Shown here: positions 9,699 through 19,366 of the stretch, in pieces
How positions within the stretch are numbered: position 1 is the first letter of the stretch
Layout of the letters: the number at the start of each line of letters is the position of its first letter
Origin: Candidatus Latescibacterota bacterium
GTDB lineage: Bacteria; Latescibacterota; UBA2968; UBA8231
Assembly (NCBI GenBank): GCA_965205655.1
Contig: CBDBIJ010000068.1
Span: 1-49,007, forward strand
Length of the DNA: 49,007 nucleotides
Reading direction: 5' to 3'
Program-made: the position numbers and the translations under genes
Notes under the pieces: model-generated
Database searches by the model: none
What the model was told of the DNA's origin: nothing
Seen by the model: the letters and a program-made list of their open reading frames with translations, nothing else

Positions 9699-10265
9699 TC
9701 AGAGCAGTCCGATCGGCACCTGTACACCGATGGTCCATGCGACTACGGATGCGCCGGGTGCGAATCTGAGAGCCAGCTCCCGCGTGCCAACGGCGCCAGT
9801 CCGCGAGGGGCGCCCCAAGCTCATCGCGAAGCCGACCGCCAGGTTCCAGTCGGTATCATCTCGCCGATCTGCGTACGACCAGCTGCGGATGACGATACCG
9901 AGCAGGGAACGGAAGCGTTGGTGTCCACGGCCGACAGCCCGGCCTGCAAGCAAGTAAACAGCGCGAAAGTCTTCGCCGGAACCAGGAACGTCGACAAAGT
10001 GGGGATTGTCGACGCGATTGGGCTCCCATACGGCCTCGACGACGGGATTCAACCTGTCAAAAAACGGAACGTACCACAGAGCCCCAATCGATAGGCCGAG
10101 TTCGGTTTGAACCTTCGGGTCATCATCGCCAAAGCTGGCTCCGATGTAGGCCGCGCCCGGCACGAGGTGGAGTCTCTTCGAATAGCCGTCGTCCTGCGCC
10201 TGCAGGTGGCCGGCTGCAAGGGAAGCGACGGTGAGGGCGGCGGTAATTCTGCAAGTGGAAATCAC
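9699..10265 (-). CDS. Hypothetical exported protein, probable small outer-membrane beta-barrel
   Basis: Signal peptide ending 'HLQA'; alternating amphipathic strands through to the C-terminus. Confidence 0.55.
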   Translation of the reverse strand: MISTCRITAALTVASLAAGHLQAQDDGYSKRLHLVPGAAYIGASFGDDDPKVQTELGLSIGALWYVPFFDRLNPVVEAVWEPNRVDNPHFVDVPGSGEDFRAVYLLAGRAVGRGHQRFRSLLGIVIRSWSYADRRDDTDWNLAVGFAMSLGRPSRTGAVGTRELALRFAPGASVVAWTIGVQVPIGLL

Positions 10266-10294
10266 GAGTCCGGTGGCATCGCTTCAGCGAGTGT

Positions 10295-11644
10295 CTACGT
10301 CTGTCCCAAATCTACGAGCAGGTTGGCCATGGTGCGAACGCCCTTGAAGAAATTCTCCACAGCGAAACACTCGTTCGGGGCGTGGTTGTTCTCGTCGTGC
10401 TGGCCGTAAGGTGTCAGGAAGATTCCGGCATCGGGGATTTGTTTGAAGGCGGCCAGAGGCAAGGACCCGCCGACGCTGGGCACCAGGTATGGCGGCACTC
10501 CAAATCCCGCTTCCACGGCCCGGATGACGGGTGCGGCGGCAGGGTGGTCCAACGGCGTGCGCCAGGGAAGCATGCGTCCGTGGCTCGTCACTTCTACGTC
10601 GTCATAGCCGAGATCTCGCAGGTAGGCCGTCAGTTTCTCGTAGATGTCGTCGGGCGATTGGCGCTCCACGAGGCGCATGTCGATTTTCATCATCGCCTCG
10701 TGGGGGATGATCGTCTTCATGCCGGCGCTGGTGTAGCCGCCGCAAAAGCCCGCGACGTTGAGGGTTGGCCGCAGCATGCGTTTCTGCAGAAAGGGGATCT
10801 GCGGGTCTCCGGCAATGCGGTCGATGCCGAGCTGCTGCGCCAGTGCTCGTTCGTCCAGAGGCAGCTCTGCCAACGCCTCCAGGTCAAGCTCCGACGGGGG
10901 CAGGACGTCGTCGTAGAAGCCGGGGATGAGGACGCGATTGTCCTCGTCCTTGAGCAGGGGGATGAGGCGGGCGAGGCGCTCGTTCGGGCTGTCGACGAGA
11001 CCGCCGAAATTGCCCGAGTGTTTGTCGCGGTTGGGGCCATAGGCCCTGAGCTCCACGTAGAGTATGCCGCGCACGCCAAAGACCACTTCCGGGCGTTCGC
11101 CATATGAGTGGTGGTTGTCGGCGCAACAGACGAGATCGCATGCGAGCAGATCCAGGTGTTCGCCGATGAACGAGGAGATGCTCGGGCTGCCGATCTCCTC
11201 TCCTCCTTCGAACAGGAACTTTACGTTCGCAGGCACCTCGCCACGGCTGCGCAATACGGCCTCGACGCCCTTGAGCTGGGCGAAGAGCTGGCCTTTGTTA
11301 TCGCCGCTGCCACGGCCGTAGATCTTGCCGTTTCGCACGGTCGGCTCGAAGGGCGGTGAGATCCATTCGTCGAGGGGATCGGGCGGCTGGACATCATAGT
11401 GGCCGTAGACGAGCACGGTGCGGCCGGCGCCAGGGGAGCGCACCTCGCCGTAGAGCATGGGGAGACCGCTGTCCTCGAACACCTGTACTGTGGCGCCCGA
11501 AGCTTCCATGAGTTGCTGTAGAAGCTCGCCGCATTCGGTAATGCCTTCGCCGGTCGTGCTGATGCTCGGCTGCGCAATCAGTTCAAAAAGCTGGGCGAGA
11601 AACTGCTCTCGCCGGCTTTCTATGTAGGTGTAGACGTCGTCCAT
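10295..11644 (-). CDS. M20/M25/M40 family metallo-hydrolase (dipeptidase-like)
   Basis: 'YGHYDVQPP', 'GRGSGDNKGQ', 'EEIGS', 'HSGNFGG', 'HAPNE'; start ATG at 11644. Confidence 0.92.
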   Translation of the reverse strand: MDDVYTYIESRREQFLAQLFELIAQPSISTTGEGITECGELLQQLMEASGATVQVFEDSGLPMLYGEVRSPGAGRTVLVYGHYDVQPPDPLDEWISPPFEPTVRNGKIYGRGSGDNKGQLFAQLKGVEAVLRSRGEVPANVKFLFEGGEEIGSPSISSFIGEHLDLLACDLVCCADNHHSYGERPEVVFGVRGILYVELRAYGPNRDKHSGNFGGLVDSPNERLARLIPLLKDEDNRVLIPGFYDDVLPPSELDLEALAELPLDERALAQQLGIDRIAGDPQIPFLQKRMLRPTLNVAGFCGGYTSAGMKTIIPHEAMMKIDMRLVERQSPDDIYEKLTAYLRDLGYDDVEVTSHGRMLPWRTPLDHPAAAPVIRAVEAGFGVPPYLVPSVGGSLPLAAFKQIPDAGIFLTPYGQHDENNHAPNECFAVENFFKGVRTMANLLVDLGQT

Positions 11645-11708
11645 GGAGTTCGAGTAAGATAGCTGACAGTGATCGCCGCACCAGCGATGCGGAGAGGGAG
11701 CTGCTGCC

Positions 11709-12588
11709 ATGGGAATTACCGTACATCCGTTGTCCGATGCGCTCGGCGCCGAGATCAAAGGGGCCGATATCGCCGTGGCATTGGATGAGGGAACTGTGCG
11801 TCAGATCCTCGATGCCTGGATGCAGCATCTCGTCCTGCTGATCCGGGGCCAGATGATAGACGATCCACAACTCGTGGCGTTCAGTGGACGGTTCGGTGAG
11901 CTGGACGGAGCGCCGATCGGCGCTGTGCCCGACGGCAAGGTGTCGGCTCAGGACTACAACGAGATCACGGTCATCTCAAACGTTGTCGAAAGTGGCCGGC
12001 CGATCGGTGACCTGGGCAACCTGGAGTCGGCCTGGCATACCGACATGAGCTCGTATGAGGAGACGCCCACGGCGTCGATACTCCATGCCCTCGAAACTCC
12101 ACCAATCCGGCGGCGACACGAGCTTCTGCAACATGTACCGGGCCTACGAGACGTTAGCGGACGAGCTGAAGGCGCGCCTGCAGGACCTGAGGGCCATACA
12201 CGACGCGACCCTCAATTCGGCGGGTGGTCTACGACATGGTTTTGAGGCGGTGACCGACGTCACGCAAACGCCGGGTGCCCGTCACCCCGTCCTCCGGACC
12301 CATCCTGTCACCGGCCGGACCGCACTGTTCCTCGGCCGGCGTAGGAATTCTTATATCCCCGGCCTCTCCGTGGACGAAAGCGAGGCTTTGCTGGACACAC
12401 TGTGGGCACACGCCACCCACGTTGAAAACACCTGGACGCACACATGGCAGGCCGGCGATTTGATCATCTGGGACAACCGTTGTGCCATGCACCGTCGCGA
12501 TGCCTTCGACAACACCGCGCGCCGGGTCATGCACCGCACCCAGATCAAGGGAGACCGGCCGTACTACGAGCCGCGCTCGCCGGTGTGA
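11709..12588 (+). CDS. TauD/TfdA family Fe(II)/2-oxoglutarate dioxygenase (one +1 frameshift near 12104)
   Basis: 'LGAEIKG', HxD 'WHTDMS', 'GGDTSF', 'HPVLRTHPVTGR', 'WDNRCAMHRR'; two ORFs join; span is 3n+1. Confidence 0.9.
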
Positions 12589-12627
12589 CCGGCGTCCGGG
12601 CGTCAGCCAGGATGGCCGCCCCGGCCT

Positions 12628-13980
12628 TCAATCTATCCGAAAAGTCGTTTGCGCGATAAAACGGACCAGCTGAGGCTCGGGAATCGGCTCGTCCCCTTCC
12701 TTTTCCGTCCACCAGTAGGCCGTGAGGATCCGTCCGTCCGGGAGCTCGGTGAGCACCGGATAGCCCAGATCCCAGCAGTAGGCGTCCCCGCGGACGACGA
12801 ATTCCTCGCTCCAGGTCTGGCCCAGGTCGTCGCTGACGACGCCGACAATGCCGCGACATCCCCGATCCGCCGTGCGCCGGGCGAACAAGACGATGATGTG
12901 CCCGTCGCGGGTGACGAGCGCCACCGGACAGCGCTGACGGGAGTTGTCCTTCATCCCCTCCTCGTTGCGCGGCGCCGATTCTGGGGGAGGGCCGGTGACC
13001 GGACCGGAGAACGTGCCCGGTGTGGTGACGAACTCCGGCGCCGACCAGGTCATGCCGTCGTTGGTGGAGAATGCGACGCAGGGTGTTTCGAAGTCCGGCG
13101 TCGCCCCCCAGTGCTGATGCATGCAGGCCATCAACCGCCCGTCGGGAAGTTTGTGCACTCCAGAGTAGTTGTAGCCCGCGAGCATGTCGCCGTCGATGGG
13201 TGTGATATGCGGGCTGATGCGGGCAACGTCGCTGACGTACTCGAAGCTGACGCCGTTGTTGTAGCTGACATGATAGGCGCAGATGTTGCGCCGGTAGATC
13301 CCTCCGACGATGCCGAGGACTCCGTTGTCGAAGCGGACGTGGCCGAGGTTGACCGACAGGAAGCCGCCGCCGGGCGCCCACCTGGGCGCGTCCAACAGCG
13401 TCGCGTGTTTCTCCCACGTGCGGCCGCGGTCTCTGCTGCGCAGGCAGAACGACGGGTTGTGCTTCAGTTTGCCGAGGTGAAAATTGGCACTCCTGTTCGG
13501 CTGGTTTGACCCCCCTCCGATCGGCCATTTCACGTACTCGCTGTGGCAGAAGTGGATGATCGAGTCCGTGTCACCCAGGTCGATTTCCTCGCGCTCGCCA
13601 AGGTCGCGGGGTCGCAGCCAGTCGAGCGTTTCGTCGATCGTCCGGTCGTTGTTCCAGATCCACTGGCGCTCGCTCTCAGGCCAGGTCTCGCCCCAGTCGA
13701 GGGAGCGGCTCAGCATCACACCTGACTCGCTGCCCCACTTCTCGTGCGTGCCTCGAAAGGAACGAGGTCCACCGCTGTGGCGGTTGTACCCCGCCGGCAG
13801 ATCGTCCGTGTAGTTCATCGGCACGGCGAGGTAGGCGATGGCGATCTCGCCGTCACCGAAGTTCCAGATACCGCCGCGGTTCGGGGCGAACATGTACAGG
13901 TGGTCGTCGTAGTGAACTTTTGTGTGCCTGACGTCGCTGAGCTCGACTGGGCGTACGCCGACAGTTCGTTTCGATTCCAT
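12628..13980 (-). CDS. Sialidase-family (BNR/Asp-box beta-propeller) protein without signal peptide
   Basis: Five Asp-boxes: SLDWGETW, SRDRGRTW, SYNNGVSF, STNDGMTW, SDDLGQTW; 'DLGYP...LPDGRILTAY'. Confidence 0.8.
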   Translation of the reverse strand: MESKRTVGVRPVELSDVRHTKVHYDDHLYMFAPNRGGIWNFGDGEIAIAYLAVPMNYTDDLPAGYNRHSGGPRSFRGTHEKWGSESGVMLSRSLDWGETWPESERQWIWNNDRTIDETLDWLRPRDLGEREEIDLGDTDSIIHFCHSEYVKWPIGGGSNQPNRSANFHLGKLKHNPSFCLRSRDRGRTWEKHATLLDAPRWAPGGGFLSVNLGHVRFDNGVLGIVGGIYRRNICAYHVSYNNGVSFEYVSDVARISPHITPIDGDMLAGYNYSGVHKLPDGRLMACMHQHWGATPDFETPCVAFSTNDGMTWSAPEFVTTPGTFSGPVTGPPPESAPRNEEGMKDNSRQRCPVALVTRDGHIIVLFARRTADRGCRGIVGVVSDDLGQTWSEEFVVRGDAYCWDLGYPVLTELPDGRILTAYWWTEKEGDEPIPEPQLVRFIAQTTFRID

Positions 13981-14009
13981 CGATCAACCCTTCTCCGAAT
14001 AGGTTTGAG

Positions 14010-14040
14010 AAAAAAACCCCGGACTGAAAGTCCGGGGTTC
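14010..14040 (-). terminator. Intrinsic terminator downstream of tRNA-Asp
   Basis: Minus strand reads CCCCGGAC-TTTCA-GTCCGGGG followed by T7. Confidence 0.9.
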
Positions 14041-14047
14041 AGTATGC

Positions 14048-14125
14048 TGGCGGGACCGACGGGACTCGAACCCGCGACCTCCGGCGTGACAGGCCGGCGT
14101 TCTAACCAAGCTAAACTACGGTCCC
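14048..14125 (-). tRNA. tRNA-Asp (GTC)
   Basis: GGGACCG TA GTTTAGCTTGGTTAGAAC G CCGGC CTGTCAC GCCGG AGGTC GCGGG TTCGAGT CCCGT CGGTCCC G CCA: full cloverleaf, G73 discriminator, encoded CCA. Confidence 0.98.
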
Positions 14126-14175
14126 TATGACCACGAAACCTATTGGCGAGTTGTGAGATTGTCAACGAGGCTCGC

Positions 14176-14706
14176 TTACACCATGTGTCGCTTGTCCCAC
14201 ATCTCCCCGTCTTTCTTGAGCCGCTTGAGCGCGCCGCGCATGAGTTGGCGCTTGAGGGGGGTCAGATAATCGATGAACAACTTGCCGTCGAGGTGGTCGA
14301 TTTCGTGCTGCAGAACGCGGGCGAAGAAGCCGTCGGCTTTGACGTCGAAGGATTCCCCGTCACGGTCGAGGGCCTCGATCGCCACATTGGTGTAACGGGA
14401 GACGTCGCCGTATAGGTCGGGAATGCTGAGACAGCCCTCTTCGGCGATGGCCATGCCCTCGCCGATCTTGATGCGTGGATTGACGAGGGCGATCGGCGGC
14501 GTATCGGAGTCTTGAGAAGAGACGTCGACGACACAGACCCGCTTCGAGACACCGATCTGCGGCGCGGCGAGGCCGACGCCCTCCGCTTCTTCGAGGGTGT
14601 CGAGGAGGTCCTGCACGAGTGTCCTGATCTCGTCGTCGACCTCGTCGACCGGGTCGGCTTTGCGGCGCAGGACTTTCGAACCGTATATGACGATATCCCG
14701 CTTCAC
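14176..14706 (-). CDS. def: Peptide deformylase
   Basis: Motifs GVGLAAPQIG, EGCLS and QHEIDH; GTG start overlaps the larE stop (GTGA). Confidence 0.97.
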   Translation of the reverse strand: MKRDIVIYGSKVLRRKADPVDEVDDEIRTLVQDLLDTLEEAEGVGLAAPQIGVSKRVCVVDVSSQDSDTPPIALVNPRIKIGEGMAIAEEGCLSIPDLYGDVSRYTNVAIEALDRDGESFDVKADGFFARVLQHEIDHLDGKLFIDYLTPLKRQLMRGALKRLKKDGEMWDKRHMV

Positions 14707-15761
14707 TGAAGCAGCGGCGACAGGTCCAGCGCTACGTACGGCGCGCCCGTTCGGCCGAGCTCGTGCAGCAGAGCGTCGCGGGCGTGCTCTTCGCAGAGTT
14801 GAATGAAGGCAGGGCTTTCGAGTTGCAGCAACAGGATGTCGCCGCGGACTTCCGCTCGGCCCGGCCCGAGGCCAAGAGTTTCGGTGTCCGGGCAATCCGA
14901 GTGGCCTTCGGCCCCAGATTTCTTCCCCAGCACCTCGTTGAGGCTCCCGGACCGGAAGCCGCGCAGATCGACACAGCTGATTTCGTAACCGAGGTCAGAG
15001 AGTGCCTTCGCAATCTTGGAGTGCAAGGCCGCGGTTTGCAGGAGCGTTCCCAGATCGTCAGCTGGCAGCTCGATTCGAGCCACGTCGACATGATGACGAA
15101 CACGCAGCTGTTCGAAGCCGCATTCGCGCAGAGCGCGCTCGGCCGCGTCGACCATGCGGAGTCCCTCAGCCGTCACGGGAGTGCCGTACGGGAATCGGGA
15201 TGAGAGGCAGGCCATAGCGGGGCGGTTCCACACGGGAATGCCCCATCGCCGCGCCAGAGCGCGGACATCGGCTTTCGTCATTCCCGCCTCCTGGAGCGGC
15301 GCGCGAACGCCTCGTTCGCTGGCGGCCTGCGCACCGGGTCGAAAGTCGCCCACGTCGTCGGCGTTCTGGCCGTAGAGTATGTGGGACACGTCCATTTCTC
15401 CAGCCAGCTTCTCCATGTGAGTGAAGAGCTCCTGCTTGCAGAAATAGCAGCGATTGACCGGGTTGCTGGCGTAGTCGGGATTGTCGAGCTCGCGAGTGCG
15501 GACGACCTCGTGGCGAATACCGAACTGCGCGGCGAGCTGAGCAGCCGCCTCGAGCTCACCGCTGGCATAGCTTTCGGAGTCTGCGGTGACCGCGACGGCG
15601 CCGTCACCGAGTACTCTGTTGGCGGCGACGGCGAGCATGGCGCTGTCGACTCCCCCTGAGTAGCCGATGAGCACTCTACCAAGAGGGCGCAGAATGCGCT
15701 CGAGCAACTCGAGCTTATCGTCGAGGGTTCGATGAGGATCGATCTGGATAGTCTGCGTCAT
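14703..15761 (-). CDS. larE: LarE-family ATP-dependent sulfur insertase with a duplicated C-terminal domain
   Basis: PP-loop SGGVDS, 'NPVNRCYFCK', 'DDVGDFRPG', 'ACLSSRFPYG', 'RVRHH', 'GFRSGSLN'. Confidence 0.9.
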   Translation of the reverse strand: MTQTIQIDPHRTLDDKLELLERILRPLGRVLIGYSGGVDSAMLAVAANRVLGDGAVAVTADSESYASGELEAAAQLAAQFGIRHEVVRTRELDNPDYASNPVNRCYFCKQELFTHMEKLAGEMDVSHILYGQNADDVGDFRPGAQAASERGVRAPLQEAGMTKADVRALARRWGIPVWNRPAMACLSSRFPYGTPVTAEGLRMVDAAERALRECGFEQLRVRHHVDVARIELPADDLGTLLQTAALHSKIAKALSDLGYEISCVDLRGFRSGSLNEVLGKKSGAEGHSDCPDTETLGLGPGRAEVRGDILLLQLESPAFIQLCEEHARDALLHELGRTGAPYVALDLSPLLQ

Positions 15762-15778
15762 CGAGATGCGTTCGAGTG

Positions 15779-17260
15779 CTACGCCGGGCGGGCGGTGGCG
15801 TCCCGATCAGCCTTGTCGTCGCGCACGGCGCACGGGACGAGCACGGCGTCGGTCATTCCGTGAAGGATCTTCTTGTCCGCCGGACAGACGATCGCCTGAA
15901 CGCCTGCCAGCTTTGGAACCTGTCGGGCGGGATCGTCATCGGCGACGTAGTAGTATGGACGGAGCAGCACGCGGCCGTGCATGGTTCGGACGCGGTCCTC
16001 GAAGAAATCGTAGTAGCGCGCTTCGAGGCGGGCGGCCTTGTGGAACTTCTGCAATACGTAAGGACTGGTTTCGAAGCTATCGAGACCGGTTTTCAGCGCC
16101 CGCACCCATTCCTCCTCCGGCACGTCGTGGCCGATAGTGACGCCGCGGCTGCCGTAGGCGAGCTCGGAGAATCCGGAGGTCTTGATGACGAGCTCGCGCT
16201 CCCTCTTGGTGATATGCTCGAGCTCCTCCCAGCTGCTGACGAGCCGTCCGCAAACATGGAGATCTGCGATCACGGTGTGCGGTGGCGCCGGGGTGGCGTC
16301 GAGGACCCAGGTGCGCGGGATCAACTCGCGGAGCTCCTCCGTAGTCTCTCGACCCAGCTCGCGTTCCCAAAAGGGGATGAGTTGCGGGTGATGCAGCAGG
16401 GCCATCCACATCTTCTCTTCGAGGTAATGCTTCAAGGGCGGCGTCAGCCGCACAGCGTTCTTCTTGGCGAAGTAGGTAATGAGCTCGGCTTTGGGGATGT
16501 TCGGCAGATCGAAGAGCTCGAAGAACCGGTAAACCGCGTCGACTCGGAGCTCAGCGCCGCCGTCGTCGCGTATGAGCAGGCCGTCGTCATCGACATTCAT
16601 CTCCTTCGGATGCCGGCAGAAGACTGGATGGCCCTTGGCGTGCAACTGCTCGGCGAGCCAGTTCATCTCTTCTCTGTAGGGCTCGGATTCATCGGAGACG
16701 ACGATGGCGACGACCGGCTTCTCCGTTTTCATGCCGGCCCGAATGGCATCGTAGAAGCCGTCCACCAGACCGTTGGCGCCGCCGATGAGATCATAGCCGA
16801 TGTCGGCGTAGAGGCCGGAGATGTGTCCGGTGAATCCCATGCCGCCCGGTACCGAGTCGAGCTCGGTGATGCGCACACCTTCGGCGCTCAGGACGAGATC
16901 GGGGCGCATGACGAGGGGAAGTTGCGATTTGATGCGGTTCATGCGACCGAAGTCGACGATGCGCTCAGGCTTCCCCGCGTCGAGGTAGCGGTGGACGAAG
17001 GCTGGCTGCAGCCCCTTTACGCTCTGGTGATACAGCAGATTGGAGGCCCGGTAGAAGGACAGCAGTACCGGGCCGAGGCGCTCGAGAAAGGAATGCTGCT
17101 CAGGCGTGAGCCAGAACGGTTCGGGAGAGATGCGCCAGGGGAGCCGGCTGTCCGGGTGGAGCCCGGTGCGGTCGCCCTGAAAGAGGCCTCCGGCAGGCGA
17201 ATTCTCGTTGATACGAATGCACAGCGCGCGCGGGTCTGATTCGGTGAGCAGGAGGGACAT
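15779..17260 (-). CDS. Uncharacterised ATP-grasp-like ligase (glutathionylspermidine/glutathione synthetase-like)
   Basis: 'MRPDLVL...ITELDSVPGGMG' (RxD...ExD/N metal-ATP motif), 'VYRFFE', 'EEKMWMALLH', 'LVIKTSGFS...GSRGVTIG', 'YVLQKF'. Confidence 0.65.
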   Translation of the reverse strand: MSLLLTESDPRALCIRINENSPAGGLFQGDRTGLHPDSRLPWRISPEPFWLTPEQHSFLERLGPVLLSFYRASNLLYHQSVKGLQPAFVHRYLDAGKPERIVDFGRMNRIKSQLPLVMRPDLVLSAEGVRITELDSVPGGMGFTGHISGLYADIGYDLIGGANGLVDGFYDAIRAGMKTEKPVVAIVVSDESEPYREEMNWLAEQLHAKGHPVFCRHPKEMNVDDDGLLIRDDGGAELRVDAVYRFFELFDLPNIPKAELITYFAKKNAVRLTPPLKHYLEEKMWMALLHHPQLIPFWERELGRETTEELRELIPRTWVLDATPAPPHTVIADLHVCGRLVSSWEELEHITKRERELVIKTSGFSELAYGSRGVTIGHDVPEEEWVRALKTGLDSFETSPYVLQKFHKAARLEARYYDFFEDRVRTMHGRVLLRPYYYVADDDPARQVPKLAGVQAIVCPADKKILHGMTDAVLVPCAVRDDKADRDATARPA

Positions 17261-17459
17261 TCGGGAGAATTCGCGGTATCAGACTTGCTCTGAAACGACG
17301 TCGGATAGGTGTCCTGACAATTTTGTAAATGTAGTTTATTGAAGGACCTAGGTCAATTTGGAGGGCTCGTTCGGCCTTTGTTTGGACGGCGTATTATAGT
17401 AGACTGGGTGGCGGCAGATCACCGTCGACTGAGAGCTCGCAGTTGCTGCTGGAGAGAGT

Positions 17460-18306
17460 ATGGAACTGACAGGCAAAAGGGGCCATCGTCACCGGCGCGG
17501 GCCGGGGGATCGGCAGGACGATCGCCAAAGCCCTGGCCGCTGAAGGGGCCTCGGTGGCGCTGCTGGCGCGCACTGCGGAGCAAATCGAATCGGTGGCGGC
17601 CGAGATTGCAGCTGCCGGCGGCACGGCCATGGCGCAAGCGACCGATCTGCGCCAGGCTGCACAGGTGCGCAACTCTATGACCAGTGTGCTCGATGCGTGG
17701 GGGAGAGTGGACATCCTCGTGAACAACGCCGGCATGGTCGGGCCGATCGGTCTGACGAGCTGCGTCGACGCCGAGGAGTGGATGGTGACAGTTGAAGTTA
17801 ACCTCGGAGGCTGTTTGCGGTGCACACAACAGGTGTTGCCGGGGATGATGGAGCGCCGCTTTGGTAAGATCATCAATCTGTCGGGCGGTGGAGCCACGGG
17901 ACCGAGGCCACGTTTCAGCGCCTACGGCGCCTCCAAGGCCGCCATCGTCAGATTCACGGAGACCCTCGCCGAAGAGGTCGCGGATTACGGCATCGACGTG
18001 AACGCCATCGCACCGGGGGCCGTGAACACGGCCATGCTCGACGCGGTACTTGCCGCAGGAGAGTCGGCGGGGGCCGATGCTTGGGAGGAAGCGAAGCGCC
18101 AGGCGGAAGAGGGTGGGGTAGATCCCTCGCAGGCCGCGGCGCTGGCGCTGTTCCTGGCTTCCGACAGATCGAACGGGCTCACTGGTCGACTGATCAGCGC
18201 GGTGTGGGATTCGTGGGAAGATCTCGATATCGACGCGGTCATGGCATCGGAGGCGTACACGATGAGGCGCCTGAAGCCTCCCGAAGAAAGCGCGCGAAAA
18301 CAGTAG
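17460..18306 (+). CDS. Short-chain dehydrogenase/reductase (one +1 frameshift in the G-run near 17480)
   Basis: ATG 17460 'MELTGKR', then shifted 'AIVTGAGRGIG' (TGxxxGxG), 'ILVNNAG', YxxxK 'YGASK'; span is 3n+1. Confidence 0.92.
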
Positions 18307-18343
18307 CACGTTTGGACTGCGAAGCTACAGAGGGATTGATCGA

Positions 18344-19366
18344 TTGCTCAGAGTTGGCCTGATCGGCGCCGGTGGTGCCGGACGAAGACGAGCAGAGGCA
18401 GTGGCGGAGCACGACAGCTGCCGGCTGGTCGCGGTCTATGACGAAGCGCGCGACGCCGCCGAGGCTGTGGCAGCTGCCAGCGCTGCGAGCGTCCTGGAGT
18501 CATGGCAGCAGCTGGTCGAGAACGCCGACATCGACGCCGTCGTCGTCTCCACTTCGCACGATGCTCTCGCCCCGTTGAGTGTGGCGGCGCTGACGGCGGG
18601 GAAACACGTGCTGTGCGAAAAGCCGCTGGGTCGAAATCCCGAGGACGTCCACCAGGTGCTGGAGGCGGCGCGGACAGCGGGCCGATGCGTGGCGGCGGGC
18701 TACAATCATCGCTACTACCCCGCGGTGAAGGGGATCCGCGACGCAATGAAGGATGGCCGCCTCGGCCCTATCGATTTCATTCGCGGCCGCTACGGACACG
18801 GCGGCAGGCCGGGATATGACAGGGAGTGGCGTGCCGATGCCGAGCGAGCCGGCGGCGGCGAGCTGCTCGATCAGGGCGCGCACCTGGTCGATCTATGCCT
18901 CTGGTTGCTGGGCGAATTCGAATCGGTGACCGGCTACACAGCCACCCGCTTCTGGGACATAGCGCCGCTGGAGGACAACGCCTTCGGGCTGTTCCGCGCG
19001 CCCGGGGGCGAAATCGCCTCCATCCACGTGAGCTGGACCCAGTGGAAGAATCTGTTCAGCCTGGAGGTGTTCGGGCGTGACGGATACGCCGTGGCGCAGG
19101 GTCGCGGCGGCTCCTATGGGACCCAGCGGCTGGTGCTGGGGAAGCGGCTGGAGGAAGGGGGGGCGCCGGAGGAGGAGCTGAAAGAGTTCGGCGACCGAGA
19201 CGAATCGTGGTCGCGGGAATGGGGCGCTTTTGTAGAAACCGTCGAGGCCGATGCTCCGTGCCAACGGGGCGCCGAGGAGGCACTGCAGACGATGGAATGG
19301 ATCTGGCGGCTCTACACGGCGGCGAAGCAGAGCAGGGTCGTGGGCAGGGACGAGTCACCGCAGTAG
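18344..19366 (+). CDS. Gfo/Idh/MocA family oxidoreductase
   Basis: 'VGLIGAGGAG', 'GKHVLCEKP', 'GYNHRY', 'GGGELLDQGAHLVD'. Confidence 0.92.
   Translation: MLRVGLIGAGGAGRRRAEAVAEHDSCRLVAVYDEARDAAEAVAAASAASVLESWQQLVENADIDAVVVSTSHDALAPLSVAALTAGKHVLCEKPLGRNPEDVHQVLEAARTAGRCVAAGYNHRYYPAVKGIRDAMKDGRLGPIDFIRGRYGHGGRPGYDREWRADAERAGGGELLDQGAHLVDLCLWLLGEFESVTGYTATRFWDIAPLEDNAFGLFRAPGGEIASIHVSWTQWKNLFSLEVFGRDGYAVAQGRGGSYGTQRLVLGKRLEEGGAPEEELKEFGDRDESWSREWGAFVETVEADAPCQRGAEEALQTMEWIWRLYTAAKQSRVVGRDESPQ

Noticed and set aside
14048..14075. tRNA-Asp 3' end as an attachment site of a genomic island
   Set aside because: No duplicate of the tRNA 3' end and no integrase seen; the tRNA's own terminator is intact.
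13815..14165. 116-aa ORF spanning the tRNA
   Set aside because: Overlaps the tRNA, its terminator and the sialidase-like gene start; spurious.
15776..17239. 487-aa plus-strand ORF
   Set aside because: Antisense shadow of the ATP-grasp-like gene; long shadow ORFs are expected in high-GC DNA and it has no motifs.
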